This document shows positions 61,749-64,000 of a stretch of DNA of 64,000 nucleotides, one piece after another. The first letter of the stretch is position 1. Every line of letters begins with the position of its first letter. The position numbers and the translations under genes are program-made. Source of the stretch: Candidatus Marinacidobacterales bacterium (GTDB lineage: Bacteria > Acidobacteriota > Vicinamibacteria > Marinacidobacterales > SMYC01); assembly GCA_965224085.1 (NCBI GenBank), contig CBDCYI010000004.1, positions 1,664,001-1,728,000 on the forward strand, written 5' to 3'. Below the pieces are notes generated by a model. The model saw only the letters and a program-made list of their open reading frames with translations. It did no database searches and was not told the origin of the DNA.

Positions 61749-64000
61749 ATGCACCGCGTTCGCTCACTGTTGAGCCCGCAGGACTGGCTCTACTCACTAA
61801 GGGCCTGTTACATATTAATATTTACAATACACTGTCATTGCTGCTATCCTCTGCTGGTTGCGAGACTATACGAGGATGGCAACAGATCGAAAGGTACCAG
61901 AGTCTGAGCGTCACTGGTTGAGGGTGCTGGGGACGTTGAACGAAGCGCAAGCGCGTGTTTTTGTGGCTCAACGGGCGCTTGAAGAAGGACGCGGCGGGGT
62001 CAGTCGGCTGTCACGACTTACGGGGATGTCGCGGCCGACCATCATGAAGGGCGTGGCGGAACTCAAAGCGAAAGCGCCGATAGTTGATGACGACAGCGCC
62101 CGAGTGCGCAAGCCTGGCGGGGGGAGAAAGCGGGTCGAGGAGTTAGACCCGAGAATCGAGCGGCAGCTGAAGAAGATCCTCGACGAAAGAACCGCCGGCG
62201 ACCCGATGAAGCATCTCAAATGGACGAACAAGTCCACGAGAGCGATGGCGGAGGAGCTTGAACGCAAAGGTCACGATGTCTCGCACGTGACAGTTGCTCG
62301 ACGCCTAGGAGAAATGGGTTACTCGCTGCAAGCTAACGTGAAGAGACTGGAAGGGGATCAGCACCCGGATCGGGACAAACAGTTTCGTTACATCAACAAG
62401 CAAGTAAGCAAGTTCATGCGAAGCAAGGATCCGGTCGTGAGCGTCGATACCAAGAAGAAGGAATTGATAGGAGCCTTTGAAAACAGGGGTAAAACGTGGA
62501 GGAAGAAGAAGGGCGGAGGTGAGCCGGTTCTTGTACACGACTTCCCCAGTATGGCTGAGGGCAAAGCAATTCCCTATGGGACTTACGATGTGTCCCGCGA
62601 CGAAGCGCTGGTCAACGTCGGCATTACTCACGAGACTGCGGAATTCGCGGTAGAAAGCATCCGGAGATGGTGGCGCATACTCGGAAAAAAGTCTTATCCG
62701 ATGGCGAAACGTCTGCTTGTTTGCGCGGACGCCGGTGGAAGCAACGGAAACCGGCTGCGAGGCTGGAAGCTCCACCTCCAAAAGCTATCGGACCAACTGA
62801 AGATTCCCATCACCGTATGCCACTATCCACCGGGAACCAGTAAATGGAACAAAATCGAACATCGACTATTCTCCTTTGTCAGCATGAACTGGAAAGGACG
62901 GCCTCTCGTGAGCTACGAGGCGGTCGTCAATCTTATCGGCAACACCAAGACCCGAACCGGCTTGAAGGTAAAGGCCATGCTGGACAAGAACTCCTACGAG
63001 ACAGGCCAGAAGGTCAGTAACGAAGAAATGCAGGAGCTTCGACTCAAAATCCACCCCTTCCACGGCAACTGGAATTACACTCTCCATCCCCGACGTGCTT
63101 GATTGAGGGTATTAATTCTTACCGAACTCGTATTTGTAAATATTATTATGTAACAGAACCTAAGCCTGCTCCTCCCAATCGGCCTCTATAACCTCGCCCT
63201 CAAATGGGAGCACATCGCGCACATCGGAGCATTGGGATGGCTATCCACCCTGAACTTGATCCGCTCCAATCTCCTCTTCAGTCTGGGGTTTGGCGTTGTC
63301 TGGGTGGGTATTCTAGCACTGAGCCGCGGCGGATGGGCTCGGCGGGTTATCGTCGCGTTGATGCATGCCACCTCGCTCGTGTACGCGGTGGTCGTCACCG
63401 CCGCTCATCACGTTTTCGCAGTCACCGGATCGTCGCTCGATTACAGTCTCATCGAGCTCGCCATCACCAGCTTCAACGAGCTGAGGCCGGTGATGGCAAG
63501 CGAAGTATTTCTCTTGAGTTTCGCGGTCGTCTGCGCCTACTCCCTTTTCGGTCCGGCGCTTTCGACCTTAGCGGCAATCCGTTTTCACTTAATTCCGGAG
63601 ACTCCGCGTGTTTCAGATCCAAGCCGCCGGCCAGCCCTCTATGCATTGCCCGCAGCAGGGGTCCTCCTGCTTCTGGCATCGGTTCCAGTGTCGGGCCCGC
63701 TCGGCAAGTCCTTCGCTCGAGATCCTCTCTTGCACGTCCTCATAACAGCCGTCGACCAGCCCGCAGCCGACTCCGCTGATCGACTCGGGGCCTCTTTCGG
63801 CGCTGTCGGTGCCAGACTCATCCGGAAATCATCTGGCGGGCCGATGAACATCGCGCTGATCGTCCTCGAGTCGACCGGGGCATCGTCCGTCACTCCGTAC
63901 AACAAGGGTATTGCCACCACGCCCTATCTGGACGAGCTCGCGGAAAAGAGCCTTTTGGTCGAGCGAACCTACTCGACTGTACCCCACACCTCGAAGGCTC
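61749..64000 (+). pseudogene. LTA-synthase/sulfatase family membrane protein interrupted by ISAzo13 (3'-partial)
   Basis: MHRVRSLLSPQDWLYSL|SLLLPIGLYNLALKW rejoins across the IS. Frame then stays open to the window end with NIALIVLEST, TTPYLD, PHTSKA. Confidence 0.85.
61801..63160 (+). mobile_element. ISAzo13-family element (transposase 61876-63102)
   Basis: SVDTKKKE, DAGGSNG, PPGTSKWNKIEHRLF, FHGNWNY; ~28-bp imperfect TIRs; TAA target duplication. Confidence 0.94.

Overview
GC-rich bacterial window, probably Acidobacteriota-like: it has a Ser/Thr kinase with a TolB-like propeller, a TIGR02999-type ECF sigma factor, and many peptidases and sulfatases. This taxonomy is inference. Layout: (1) 1-12.5 kb, an intact pfaA(3' end)-pfaBC-oleABCD cluster linking a PUFA-type synthase to head-to-head olefin synthesis. 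(2) 12.6-42.3 kb, peptidases, a surface-modification cluster and rnr, broken by many IS elements and frameshifts. (3) From tRNA-Leu(CAG) at 42.3 kb, an IS-riddled island with a terpenoid module (squalene/phytoene synthase, IspH, MpaB/Lcp-like oxygenase, MMPL, LolA-like and outer-membrane proteins) present as one intact and one decayed copy. The best signal is a 2.64-kb IS110-family element (18517-21153) that splits a kinase gene at a duplicated GG core. It carries two accessory genes upstream of its recombinase. Its bridge RNA can be read from the sequence: donor guides match the element's own ends, and target guides match this site and a second insertion in rnr. The predicted circle junction forms a sigma70-like promoter.
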